From the NCBI RefSeq assembly GCF_000172995.2, contig NC_014729.1:2490001-2522000 (forward strand): 32,000 nucleotides of DNA, given 5' to 3'. The stretch comes from Halogeometricum borinquense DSM 11551 (GTDB taxonomy: Archaea > Halobacteriota > Halobacteria > Halobacteriales > Haloferacaceae). Numbering within the stretch: position 1 is the stretch's first letter; each line of letters begins with the position of its first letter. This document shows positions 1-8,614 of this stretch, piece by piece. The notes under the pieces were generated by a model, which did no database searches, had not been told where the DNA came from, and saw only the letters and a list, made by a program, of their open reading frames with translations. The translations under genes were made by a program, and so were the position numbers.

Positions 1-468
1 GCGGCCGCGGCGGCCGTGGATAGAACGGAGACGAAGATGGCCATCGTCGGCGGGCAGTTCGGCGGCGTCACCCGCCATCTGGACCACACGCTCTCTGCAC
101 CCGCGTTGTCGGGGGCGAATCTCGGTACCGAAGGCGTCGTCGAACTGTTCGGTGACGACCGGTGTGCGCTGGCGACCGTGGGGTCGCGCGCGCGGTTCGC
201 GTCCGAAGAGAACTGCGGGCGGTGCGTCCCGTGCCGCGAGGGGACAACGCAACTCACCGACCTCCTGCGCGACATCTACGCGGGCGACTACGACGACGAT
301 ACGCTTCGGGAGTTGACGCGGACGATGCGAAACACGAGTACGTGTGACTTCGGCCGAAGCGCGGCGCGAACCGTCGAGACGGCGATGGCCGCATTCGAGG
401 CAGAATTCGAGGCGCATACTCACGGCCGATGTCCAACGGGGCAGTGTGACGCGCAGGCGGGACAGTGA
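1..468 (+). CDS. NuoF-like NAD(H)-binding iron-sulfur protein, C-terminal part (5' end lies outside the window)
   Basis: Frame 1 is open from base 1, so the listed ORF 16..468 is only the first in-frame start. It carries the NuoF/51-kDa-type 4Fe-4S motif ENCGRCVPCREG...TSTCDFG. Stop TGA at 466-468. Confidence 0.75.
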   Translation, partial: AAAAAVDRTETKMAIVGGQFGGVTRHLDHTLSAPALSGANLGTEGVVELFGDDRCALATVGSRARFASEENCGRCVPCREGTTQLTDLLRDIYAGDYDDDTLRELTRTMRNTSTCDFGRSAARTVETAMAAFEAEFEAHTHGRCPTGQCDAQAGQ

Positions 469-713
469 GTGTGAAGTGGGACGTCCGGATCACGCGGTGG
501 AACCTCCTGAACGCCGTGAAAGAACTTCTCCGACCAATCCTCCCGGTGGCGATAGTCGTCTACGCCGTTATCGACCTGTTCGCTGACGCGTGGGTCACAG
601 AACAGGGACCCTCGATGCTTGCCTCGGCCGTTGACGGACTCGGATTTGTCACAGTCGGTATCGTCGGTGCCGTTCTCGTGTTCGACATCACTGACTGGTT
701 GCGTTCGCGGTGA
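465..713 (+). CDS. small hypothetical membrane protein (2 predicted TM segments)
   Basis: 82-aa ORF whose GTG start overlaps the upstream stop (GTGA at 465-468), suggesting translational coupling. Two hydrophobic stretches: PILPVAIVVYAVIDLF and LGFVTVGIVGAVLVF. No family recognised. Confidence 0.5.
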   Translation: MSVKWDVRITRWNLLNAVKELLRPILPVAIVVYAVIDLFADAWVTEQGPSMLASAVDGLGFVTVGIVGAVLVFDITDWLRSR

Positions 714-722
714 GCGACGCTG

Positions 723-2543
723 TCAGGGCCGCAAATTATCGATCCCCAACCGCTCGCACAGGTCTGGCGTCGGCCGCCCGTCTTCATCCCACCCAAGACG
801 GTCGTAGTAGGCATCCAACGTCCGCTCGAACGCCTCGCGGTCCAGTCCGTCGTGCCCGCCCTGCACTTGCGGGCGGGTGAGTATGTCGGGCAGCGCATCG
901 TCGTCACGGTCGAATCCCTCGCGGACGTTGAACAGGCGAGTGAGCGTCCACACTCGTTCGCCGACGCGACGAAGTTCCGCCGGCGTGTAGTCGAGACCGA
1001 CGGCAGAGAGCCACGACGCACCGTAATCACGGATCACCTCGCCCGCGAAGTCATCAACGACCAGCGACCACAGCACCGCCCGCGTGATCTGTTCTTCGGC
1101 GACGGCCGCCGCGCGGCGTTCCGGCGACCACTCCTCGGTGGCAAACACCTCCTCAACGACGGGGCGAGCGCGGCGGTGACACGCTCCCCGGTCGCTAGTC
1201 GCGTAAGCGAGTGCCATCGCTGGCGACCCGCGCGGGTCGTACGACGGGAGTGCCATCGACTTTACCGTCGGAACGAGACTATCGCCATCACCAGACGGTG
1301 TCTGCTGAGCCGACGTATGTGAACGTCGCTCGTCGTTTCCGAAACGGTTGGCCGCCGCGTCCACACCGTCCGCGAGTGTATCTGCGAGTTCACCATCGCG
1401 GCGAGCGATACGTGAAACGAGTGCTTGTGCCGACGCCGCATCACCGAACGACAGGTCGCGTTCGAGGAGCCCTTCGTCGGCCGCTCGCATCGCCCACGCG
1501 ACGGCGGTACCGGCGCTGATTACGTCCACACCGAGACGGTCGCATGTCGCTCCGAGCGTCGCCACAGCGTCGAAATCGTCGATAGCGAGACCCGCACCCA
1601 GCGAGATTGGTGCGGCCCCTCGCGGCACGGATTCGGGTTTCTGCTCATCGGAGACTTCGATACGAAAGTCGCCGCGTCCGTCGCTCACGACGCTCACATC
1701 GTCGTATTCGCGGGCGACAGCGGCCGCCTGAACCGCCTCGATTCCCACGTCGTCCACGCCGTCGAACGACCCGGACTCCCACCCGCGCGTCGGGAGAACG
1801 CCCATCTCGTCGGCGAAGTCTATCGTCTCCAGCGTCCCGCCCGCACGAAGCCACTCGCCCGGCCCCTCACGCGAGAAGCGTTCGCGGTGTGCCTCGCGGA
1901 GAGACTCAAGTTCCGGCGTCGATGTGGGCGGGTCACCACGAGCGACAACCGATTTCAGTTGCTTCGATCCGAAGACGGCCCCGACGCCGCCGCGTCCGGC
2001 GTGGTGGTCGCCACCGTCCGAGGCGAGCGTGGCGTACCGTACCAGATTCTCACCCGCAGGGCCGATGCAGGCGACTGCGCCGTCCACGCGGTCGTCGGTC
2101 TCCACGGTGTCGAGTCCCCAGCAATCGCTCCGTTCGAGACGGGCATCGCCGTCCTCGATCACGAGTCTGGTCGGTTCGTCCGCCTGTCCCTCGATAGCGA
2201 CGAGGAGGTGGTCAGGAAGTGCGCCGGCAAGCGTTGGCGGGAACGACCCACCGGCGTAAGAGTCGAGAAACGTGCCCGAGAGCGGCGATTTCGTGACGAC
2301 GGCAAAACGGTCCTCACCGGGGGCGATGCCGGAGAGTGGTCCGAGTGCGAGGATCACCACATTCGACGGCGAAAGCGGGTCGGTACCCGGGTCGAGCTTC
2401 TCATAGAGGAGTCGGGCAGCGAGTCCCTTACCGCCGACGAACTGCCGACGCCACTCGGCGGGGAGGGAATCGTGTGTGACCGTCCCGTCGGAGAGGTCTA
2501 CGCGGAGGAGACGAGTTCGCTTGCGGAGGGCCGTATCGCTCAT
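723..2543 (-). CDS. aor: aldehyde:ferredoxin oxidoreductase (tungsten/molybdopterin AOR family)
   Basis: 606 aa counted from the internal ATG at 2543 (MSDTALRKRTRLLRVDLSDG...). The N-terminal AOR signature RQFVGGKGLAARLLY and the overall length fit the AOR family. The longer ORF reaching 2606 would abut the cobQ stop and adds a non-acidic extension. Confidence 0.88.
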   Translation of the reverse strand: MSDTALRKRTRLLRVDLSDGTVTHDSLPAEWRRQFVGGKGLAARLLYEKLDPGTDPLSPSNVVILALGPLSGIAPGEDRFAVVTKSPLSGTFLDSYAGGSFPPTLAGALPDHLLVAIEGQADEPTRLVIEDGDARLERSDCWGLDTVETDDRVDGAVACIGPAGENLVRYATLASDGGDHHAGRGGVGAVFGSKQLKSVVARGDPPTSTPELESLREAHRERFSREGPGEWLRAGGTLETIDFADEMGVLPTRGWESGSFDGVDDVGIEAVQAAAVAREYDDVSVVSDGRGDFRIEVSDEQKPESVPRGAAPISLGAGLAIDDFDAVATLGATCDRLGVDVISAGTAVAWAMRAADEGLLERDLSFGDAASAQALVSRIARRDGELADTLADGVDAAANRFGNDERRSHTSAQQTPSGDGDSLVPTVKSMALPSYDPRGSPAMALAYATSDRGACHRRARPVVEEVFATEEWSPERRAAAVAEEQITRAVLWSLVVDDFAGEVIRDYGASWLSAVGLDYTPAELRRVGERVWTLTRLFNVREGFDRDDDALPDILTRPQVQGGHDGLDREAFERTLDAYYDRLGWDEDGRPTPDLCERLGIDNLRP

Positions 2544-2606
2544 CGTGTTCGAATACGGTTCGGAAGGCGGAAGAACGAATCGACGCTCGGCGACTCGGGG
2601 AGACAA

Positions 2607-4286
2607 TTAGTCGTCACCGACGGCTTCGAATCCGAGCGGTTCGAGATCGAGTCGGGAGACGAGCGCCGCCGCGCGGTCGTACGGGGAGACAGCCAGTTCG
2701 TCACCTGTCGGCCGCGACTTCCCGGCGGCGGCGAACAGGTGGTCGCAGAAGGCGTCTCTCACCTCGTCGTTCTCGAACAGGCCGTGGAGATAGGTCCCGA
2801 GAACGCGGCCGCGGGCGATACCGAGTGTGGCATCCGCGCGTCCATCAGCGACAAACGGAGCCACGGGAGTGCCGGCGTCCGACAGAGTGTCTGCATTCGG
2901 CGAAGCGTCCGCACCCGACAGAGTGTCTGCATCGGCGACGAGACTCGTCTCGCCGGTGTGAATCTCGTAACCCGAGACGGTTCCCGCGAACTCATCGAAC
3001 GGGCCGGTGCCGTCGAACCGCCACCGTACCGGGGCAACACGCTTCTCCGTGGAGAACCGCGTCTCGACCGGGAGGAGGCCGAACCCGGGGAGTTCGTCGC
3101 CGCCGCGGACGCTCTCAGCGCCGACGTTTCGCAGGCGTTCGCCGAGCAGTTGGTAGCCGCCGCAGAGACCGACGATAGGGCCGGAAAACTCGTGAAGTCG
3201 GTCGTGCAGGCCAGCCTCGCGGCAGGCTCGTAGGTCGTCGGCGGTGTTCTTCGATCCCGGAAGGACGACGGCGTCGGCCGACGACAGGTCGGCGTCGAGG
3301 GGAACGTACTCGACCCGAACACCCGGTTCGGCCGCGAGCGGTTCGAGGTCCGTCGCGTTCGAGACGCGAGGGAGTCGCGGGACGGCAATAGTGATGGCCG
3401 CCTCCGACTCGTTCGCGGACGCCCCGACAGCGGCGCGTTCGTCTATCGCCGGGAGAGAAACGCTGTCCTCTTCGGGAAGTCCGGGGTCGTCGTACGGAAG
3501 GACGCCGAGGACGGGCACACCCGTTCGCTCCTCGAAGGCGTCGAGACCGTCCGAAAGGAGTGATTCGTCGCCGCGGAACTTCGTTATCACCGCGCCAGCG
3601 ATGCGGTCGCGCACGTCGTCGGGGACGAGTTCGAGCGTTCCGACGAGCGAGGCGAAGACGCCGCCGCGTTCGATATCGGCGACGAGAAGCACGTCGGCGT
3701 CGGCGAACCGCGTCGTCTCGACGTTGGCCAAATCGCGGTGGTGGAGATTGATCTCCGCGATTGAGCCGGCACCCTCGGCAATGACCACGTCGTGCTGTCT
3801 TCCGAGTCGGGCGTGCGCCGCCTCCGCGGCATCGCGGGCGCGGTGCCAGCCCTCCTCGTAGTAGTCGCTCGCGGCGTGGTTCCCCGCGGGACGGCCGTTC
3901 ACGACCAGTTGTGACTCCCCCTCGCCGCGGGGTTTCAGGAGGACAGGGTTGTGATCCGTCGTCGGCGTCACGCGGGCGGCGCGGGCTTGGACGTACTGGG
4001 AGACCCCGATTTCTCCGAAGGCGGCGTCGGTTACAGTGTCGGCGTCACCAGCGTCTCCGCCTCGCTCTGCCGACGACCCGGCCACCGCCGGTGCGATTGG
4101 GACGGCACGGGCGTTGTTGCTCATGTTCTGCGCCTTGAACGGCGCGACGGAGAATCCGCGGTCCGCGAGGAGGCGAGAGAGTCCGGCGGCGACGGTACTC
4201 TTGCCGACGTGGCTCGCCGTCCCCGCGACGAGGATGGTCCGAGTCGAATGGGGCGGACTCGAATCGGACGCGCCGTCGTCCGTCAT
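2607..4286 (-). CDS. cobQ: cobyric acid synthase
   Basis: N-terminal CobQ/CbiP signature [23 protein letters not shown]...[12 protein letters not shown] and a C-terminal glutamine amidotransferase part ([17 protein letters not shown]). At 559 aa it is longer than typical because of Asp/Ala/Ser-rich insertions. Confidence 0.93.
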   Translation of the reverse strand: MTDDGASDSSPPHSTRTILVAGTASHVGKSTVAAGLSRLLADRGFSVAPFKAQNMSNNARAVPIAPAVAGSSAERGGDAGDADTVTDAAFGEIGVSQYVQARAARVTPTTDHNPVLLKPRGEGESQLVVNGRPAGNHAASDYYEEGWHRARDAAEAAHARLGRQHDVVIAEGAGSIAEINLHHRDLANVETTRFADADVLLVADIERGGVFASLVGTLELVPDDVRDRIAGAVITKFRGDESLLSDGLDAFEERTGVPVLGVLPYDDPGLPEEDSVSLPAIDERAAVGASANESEAAITIAVPRLPRVSNATDLEPLAAEPGVRVEYVPLDADLSSADAVVLPGSKNTADDLRACREAGLHDRLHEFSGPIVGLCGGYQLLGERLRNVGAESVRGGDELPGFGLLPVETRFSTEKRVAPVRWRFDGTGPFDEFAGTVSGYEIHTGETSLVADADTLSGADASPNADTLSDAGTPVAPFVADGRADATLGIARGRVLGTYLHGLFENDEVRDAFCDHLFAAAGKSRPTGDELAVSPYDRAAALVSRLDLEPLGFEAVGDD

Positions 4287-4981
4287 CAGTATTCGGTACC
4301 CTTCCGCGCTCGCGTCCCGTCGTCGAACGGGTGGTTCACCTTCCGCACCTCGCTGACGAGATCCGCGGCATCCAAGAGGAACGTTGGTTCCTCGTGCCCG
4401 CCAGTCAGGACGAGTTCGAGATTCTCGGGCTTCGATTCGACCAGTTCGAGTACCTCGTCCGCGTCGAGTAATCCCATCTCGACGGCGTACAGAATCTCGT
4501 CTAAGACAAGCATATGGACCCCGTCCTCGGCGTTGCCATCGGACGGAAGCGGCGCGGTTAGGTCAGCCTCGCCCGCGGCGGCGACCAACTCCTTGGTCCG
4601 GTCGAACGCCGCCTGCGCCTTCGCGGCGTGTTCGTCGTCGTCCGACCCGTCCATGCGGCCTTTCCAGCCGTAGTGACCGGTATTCTCGTAGGAGATGGTA
4701 GGGAGAGCCGCGATGACGTTGTATTCGCCGCGGACGCTTTCAACAGAATCCGCACCGCCCTTCAGGAACTGGAGAAGATGGACGCGGTAGCCGTGCCCCG
4801 CCGCGCGGAACGCCATCCCCAACGCGGCGGTGGTTTTGCCCTTGCCGTCGCCCCACCACGCCTGCACGAGACCGAACTCCTCGGGCGCGGCCGGTTCGAT
4901 ATCCGTCGCCGCCGGCGAGATACCGCCGCCGGGCGTGTGTTGTCGCGTCTCTTCGGGCGAGTCAGGTCGCTCGTTGCTCAT
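4286..4981 (-). CDS. cobO: cob(I)yrinic acid a,c-diamide / corrinoid adenosyltransferase (CobA/CobO/BtuR type)
   Basis: P-loop-like motif [38 protein letters not shown] and the LVLDEILYA segment are typical of CobA/BtuR. Its stop overlaps the cobQ start by 1 nt. Confidence 0.9.
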   Translation of the reverse strand: MSNERPDSPEETRQHTPGGGISPAATDIEPAAPEEFGLVQAWWGDGKGKTTAALGMAFRAAGHGYRVHLLQFLKGGADSVESVRGEYNVIAALPTISYENTGHYGWKGRMDGSDDDEHAAKAQAAFDRTKELVAAAGEADLTAPLPSDGNAEDGVHMLVLDEILYAVEMGLLDADEVLELVESKPENLELVLTGGHEEPTFLLDAADLVSEVRKVNHPFDDGTRARKGTEY

Positions 4982-4984
4982 GCC

Positions 4985-5037
4985 TGAACGTTCGTGCGGG
5001 CGGACAAGAAGGCGACGAGTGCAAGCGGTGAACGTTC
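4985..5037. promoter_or_regulatory. two copies of the palindrome-containing 9-mer TGAACGTTC in the cobO / membrane-protein divergent region
   Basis: Copies at 4985-4993 and 5029-5037, each with the palindromic core GAACGTTC. The first lies 4 nt upstream of the cobO ATG. Confidence 0.45.
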
Positions 5038-5122
5038 CGAATGAGCGGTCAGAGAAATCGATTTGCCCCCACTGAGACTCGGATCGGGTATTATGCTATT
5101 GGGACACAAGGGTTGGTCTGCG

Positions 5123-5536
5123 ATGTCACGAGTACTGAAAACGTCGGGATTCCTCGGACTGACAGTGATGATGGCGGTTGGACTGTACATGGCGATGCAG
5201 TTGGAGACGGGTGGAAACGCGGGATGGTTGGTTCCGGGCCACGCGCACTTGGGCGTGCTCTCGATACTGGCGATTGTCATGGGGAGTCAAGTGGACGCGT
5301 TGAACGTCGTCGGACGACTCCGAAAAGCGACAGCGGGGCTCTATCTGATCGGGCAGTGGATGCTCCCGTTGGCCGTCTGGGGTGTCTCAGCGACCGGTAT
5401 CGCCGTCATTGGCATGTCCACGATGCTGTGGGGGCTGTGTCTCGTCGTCAGCATGCTCCTCATGGCACACCAAGCGTGGACAGCCGATTCCCGCGACAGC
5501 GCCGGTCCTGGGACGGTGACGCCATCCATGGACTGA
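5123..5536 (+). CDS. hypothetical integral membrane protein (about 4 TM)
   Basis: ORF 5063..5536. I prefer the ATG at 5123 (MSRVLKTSGFLGL...) because an A/T-rich box GTATTATGCTATT sits about 27 nt upstream, as expected for a leaderless haloarchaeal mRNA. Four hydrophobic segments and a GHAHLG motif. No family recognised. Confidence 0.6.
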   Translation: MSRVLKTSGFLGLTVMMAVGLYMAMQLETGGNAGWLVPGHAHLGVLSILAIVMGSQVDALNVVGRLRKATAGLYLIGQWMLPLAVWGVSATGIAVIGMSTMLWGLCLVVSMLLMAHQAWTADSRDSAGPGTVTPSMD

Positions 5537-5582
5537 CGTGAAGAGCGTTCTCTGTGACTCTTTTCGACGGCCTTGGCTCTGT

Positions 5583-5615
5583 CAAATCACCGTTTTACAT
5601 TACTAAAGTGATTTG
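5583..5615. promoter_or_regulatory. 8-bp inverted repeat bracketing the A/T-rich box upstream of the lipoprotein gene
   Basis: CAAATCAC (5583-5590) and GTGATTTG (5608-5615) flank CGTTTTACATTACTAAA, which is the only TATA-like element before the ATG at 5639. Confidence 0.5.
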
Positions 5616-5638
5616 TCAGCAGACACTTACTCGGAGGT

Positions 5639-7210
5639 ATGCGCAGACGACGCTTCCTCGCTGCTGCTGCCTCCCTCCCGCTCGTTACCGGGTGTACCCA
5701 GACACACGGTGATACGACGGAGACGACGACCGAACAGGGGAGCAACCCCACAAGCACCGCCACGGAAACAGAGACGAACACGTCGAACGATGTTGGACGC
5801 CCGCCGGAGACGTTTCCCGAAGCGAGACCCGATTGGTCGCAGGTGATCACCGCCGAGACGACGCCACGAACGTACGCGCTCTCGGGGGGATTCTATTACA
5901 ACGACGACAACGCGGCGGTATACTCCGGATTCACCGAGACGGCGACGGCGAACCACCCCGCGCGACTCGTGTTCGTCCTGCAGAACGACAACGACTTCGC
6001 CAACACGTTCCGACTGGACGAGATACCGCCGTTCGGCCGTGGTGAGTGCATCGGTGACGGCCCTCAAGACAGCACCGACGAAATCCGAAGTGCAGGCTAC
6101 CGGACGGACCTCGTGGTGGCACCGACTGAATCCCACGATCTGGCCTCGGAGACGCCCGACTACAAACGCGCCAGCGACGGGACGTGGCGACTCTCGTCAC
6201 CGAAGTCCGGTCCGTGGCTCCCCAAACGGATCCGTTTGGCGGCTGACGAGTGGGTCCGCGGCGAGTACGTTCTATTGGGTCGTCCTGAAGGGACCGAGTA
6301 CGGTCGCCCGACAGGCCGCTATGAGTTCTGGGGGCGAGATAGCGGGCTCACTTTGAACGTGTGGGACAGCGAGGCACCCGGTCCCGAGGCGGAGTCACGC
6401 TTCGCGGGCGAATCGGTCCCGTCGCTCACCGAACAGACGATTGCGTGGTTCCACGAAGCGGATGCGACGACAGAGACGTTCATCAGACCGAGTACAGAGC
6501 AGCTTTCGCTTCCGGGTGCCGTCGAGTACAAATTCTTCAACCACTCACACACAGATGTCGGGTGCGGTCACTGGGATCTGTACAAACTCCACGACGGCGA
6601 GTGGTTCCATCTCTTCCCAAAGATACACACCATGGACTGCCGCCTCCTCCCGCCGGGCGGTACGGAGACGCTATCGCTCCGAGCGTTTCACGGCGACGCG
6701 GTACCGTGCGGTGGCGACAACCCCAACGCGGCCACTAACGGATTCGGTGTGGGCCACCTCGGCGGTGGCCGATATGCCGTCGTCACCGGAGACGGTTCGG
6801 AGGCGGGAGCCAGCGGTGCGCTTCTCGACATTGAGGCCGATCAGGTGACGATACAACCGACCGACGACGTGACAGCGGAGCGAAACGGCGACACGGTGAC
6901 AGTGACCTCGCCACGGTACGGCGACGGCGAACACTCGCCGGACGCGACACTGACGGCGACGCGGGCCGATTCGGCCGACGAGACGCGACTGCCCGAACAG
7001 GTGATGCAGGGCGGCAACTCAGGCTGGCGTATCCACGGCGTTCGGAACACCGTCCCGTTCTTCGCCGACGACGTGCACCGCGTCGTCCTCCGCACCGACG
7101 AACACGTCGCCGAGAGCGCCCTCGGCGTCGGCAACGATAGCAATACACGGCGACTCGAAGTCGATGGCACAGCCTACGAGTTCACCATCGAGCGCACCGA
7201 ATCGGACTGA
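5639..7210 (+). CDS. Tat-exported lipoprotein of unknown function
   Basis: Twin-arginine signal MRRRRFLAAAA, lipobox LVTGC and a Thr-rich linker (TTETTTEQGSNPTSTATETETNTS). The roughly 460-aa mature part has a His/Cys cluster, NHSHTDVGCGHWDLYKLHDGEWFHLFPKIHTMDC. No family recognised from memory. Confidence 0.8.
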   Translation: MRRRRFLAAAASLPLVTGCTQTHGDTTETTTEQGSNPTSTATETETNTSNDVGRPPETFPEARPDWSQVITAETTPRTYALSGGFYYNDDNAAVYSGFTETATANHPARLVFVLQNDNDFANTFRLDEIPPFGRGECIGDGPQDSTDEIRSAGYRTDLVVAPTESHDLASETPDYKRASDGTWRLSSPKSGPWLPKRIRLAADEWVRGEYVLLGRPEGTEYGRPTGRYEFWGRDSGLTLNVWDSEAPGPEAESRFAGESVPSLTEQTIAWFHEADATTETFIRPSTEQLSLPGAVEYKFFNHSHTDVGCGHWDLYKLHDGEWFHLFPKIHTMDCRLLPPGGTETLSLRAFHGDAVPCGGDNPNAATNGFGVGHLGGGRYAVVTGDGSEAGASGALLDIEADQVTIQPTDDVTAERNGDTVTVTSPRYGDGEHSPDATLTATRADSADETRLPEQVMQGGNSGWRIHGVRNTVPFFADDVHRVVLRTDEHVAESALGVGNDSNTRRLEVDGTAYEFTIERTESD

Positions 7211-7217
7211 CCCGACT

Positions 7218-7298
7218 GATTCCACGAACGCGTCGAGCGCGCCGGACTCGAACTAACGCCCGGCCGATTCCACGAACGCGTCGAGCGCGCCCGATTCG
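7218..7298. repeat. 48-bp-period tandem duplication of the cbiA 3' end
   Basis: GATTCCACGAACGCGTCGAGCGCGCC occurs exactly at 7218-7243 and 7266-7291, and the next 7 nt are similar (GGACTCG versus CGATTCG). The second copy encodes the cbiA C-terminus. The first lies in the 42-nt spacer between two convergent stops. Confidence 0.85.
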
Positions 7299-8590
7299 GC
7301 GTGGAAGTGCGTGTACGTTCCGAGCGTCCGGTACTCGGTAAGACCGTCGTTCGCGCCGTCGAGACCCGCACCGCGGACCACCTCGAACGCGTAGCGGGCA
7401 TCCGGTGCGGCCGTAGCCGCCGAGTAATGGAACTCGTGGCCGCGGACCGTCTCTCCCTCGGATGCTAAAATCGAGTCGCGGCGCGCCCGGAGACCGACGT
7501 GGTCGAGACCGACCGGTCGTTCGGTCAGATGCGTCGAGACGGGAAGCACGCCCGCCATCTCGTATGTCTCCCCCTCGGCTGTCGTCAACGACTCTCCGAG
7601 AACCATGAGGCCGCCACACTCTCCGAAAACGGGAAGCCCGTCGGCGGCCCGCTCCGCGATAGTCGAGAGCGCGGGCGATTCCGCGATGGCTTCGGTGTGA
7701 CGTTCTGGGTAGCCACCGGGGAGGTAGACGGCGTCGCAGTCGGGCAGATCGTCGCCCGCGACGGGCGCGAACGGTTCGACAGTCGCCCGCGCGGCGAGGT
7801 GCTCGCGGACCGACGGATAGACGAACCGGAATGCGTCGTCGGTAGCGACAGCGACGGTCACATCCGTCGATTCGACGGGGCGTTCCGGCGGCGCATCCAC
7901 TCTGGGACGGCGGGCGAGTGCGAGCAGTTCCGTGGTATCGACGTGTCGGGCCGCCGCGTCGAGTGCGTCGTCGTCCACCGCCGACTCGTCGCCGTAGTGG
8001 AGTCCGAGATGTCGCTCGGGGACTTCGAGACCGTCCAGCGGCGGCGTTCGACCGACGTAGTGCAACTCCACCGGGATGGCGTTCTTGATCCCCTCCTCGT
8101 GTCTGCCCCCACGAGCGCGGGCGGCGAGAAGACCAGCCACGTCAACGTCGTATCCCATCCGGTCGGCGTAGGCGCGGAAGCCGAGCGCCGTCGCCGCGAT
8201 GCTTTCCATGCCCGTGGTTGCGTCCACGACGAGGACGATAGGCAAATCGAGTTTCGCGGCGACGGCGGCGGTACTCACGTCCCCGTCGTACAGCCCCATC
8301 ATTCCCTCGACGACGCACACGTCACCGTCGGTTGCACCGCGGGCGTAGGTTCGTTCGAGACCGTCGTCGCCGGCCAGCCACGGATCGAGCGTCCGCGACG
8401 GACGGCCGAGCGTCGCGGCGTGGTGACTCGGATCGATGAAGTCGGGTCCGGCCTTGGCCGCGACGGGTGTGTGCCCTTCGCGTTCGAGGGCGCGGCAGAC
8501 CGCAAGCGTAGCGACGGTCTTGCCAACACCCGACGCCGTCCCCGCGAGAACGAGACCGGGGAGGTCCGCCGGAACCGGTGTGTCGGTCAT
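7253..8590 (-). CDS. cbiA: cobyrinic acid a,c-diamide synthase
   Basis: N-terminal motif VLAGTASGVGKTVATLAVCRAL...AKAGPDFIDPSHH and a C-terminal GATase part (FGECGGLMVLG, GHEFHYS) are typical of CbiA/CobB. Confidence 0.92.
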   Translation of the reverse strand: MTDTPVPADLPGLVLAGTASGVGKTVATLAVCRALEREGHTPVAAKAGPDFIDPSHHAATLGRPSRTLDPWLAGDDGLERTYARGATDGDVCVVEGMMGLYDGDVSTAAVAAKLDLPIVLVVDATTGMESIAATALGFRAYADRMGYDVDVAGLLAARARGGRHEEGIKNAIPVELHYVGRTPPLDGLEVPERHLGLHYGDESAVDDDALDAAARHVDTTELLALARRPRVDAPPERPVESTDVTVAVATDDAFRFVYPSVREHLAARATVEPFAPVAGDDLPDCDAVYLPGGYPERHTEAIAESPALSTIAERAADGLPVFGECGGLMVLGESLTTAEGETYEMAGVLPVSTHLTERPVGLDHVGLRARRDSILASEGETVRGHEFHYSAATAAPDARYAFEVVRGAGLDGANDGLTEYRTLGTYTHFHAESGALDAFVESAGR

Positions 8591-8614
8591 TGTCCGTCTC
8601 TCCGCGTGCCCCGA

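Noticed and set aside
1425-3233. 602-aa plus-strand ORF spanning the AOR and cobQ loci
   Set aside because: It is antisense to two genes with clear family signatures. Its translation is Arg/Gly/Val-rich and not acidic, with no recognisable motif. This is a typical shadow ORF of GC-rich DNA.
4982-5122. Cobalamin riboswitch in leaders of cob genes (also checked 14263-14316 and 8591-8614)
   Set aside because: The spacers are too short, and I could not recognise a B12-box-like conserved core. Cobalamin riboswitches are not established in haloarchaea. A covariance-model search (Rfam RF00174) would settle it.
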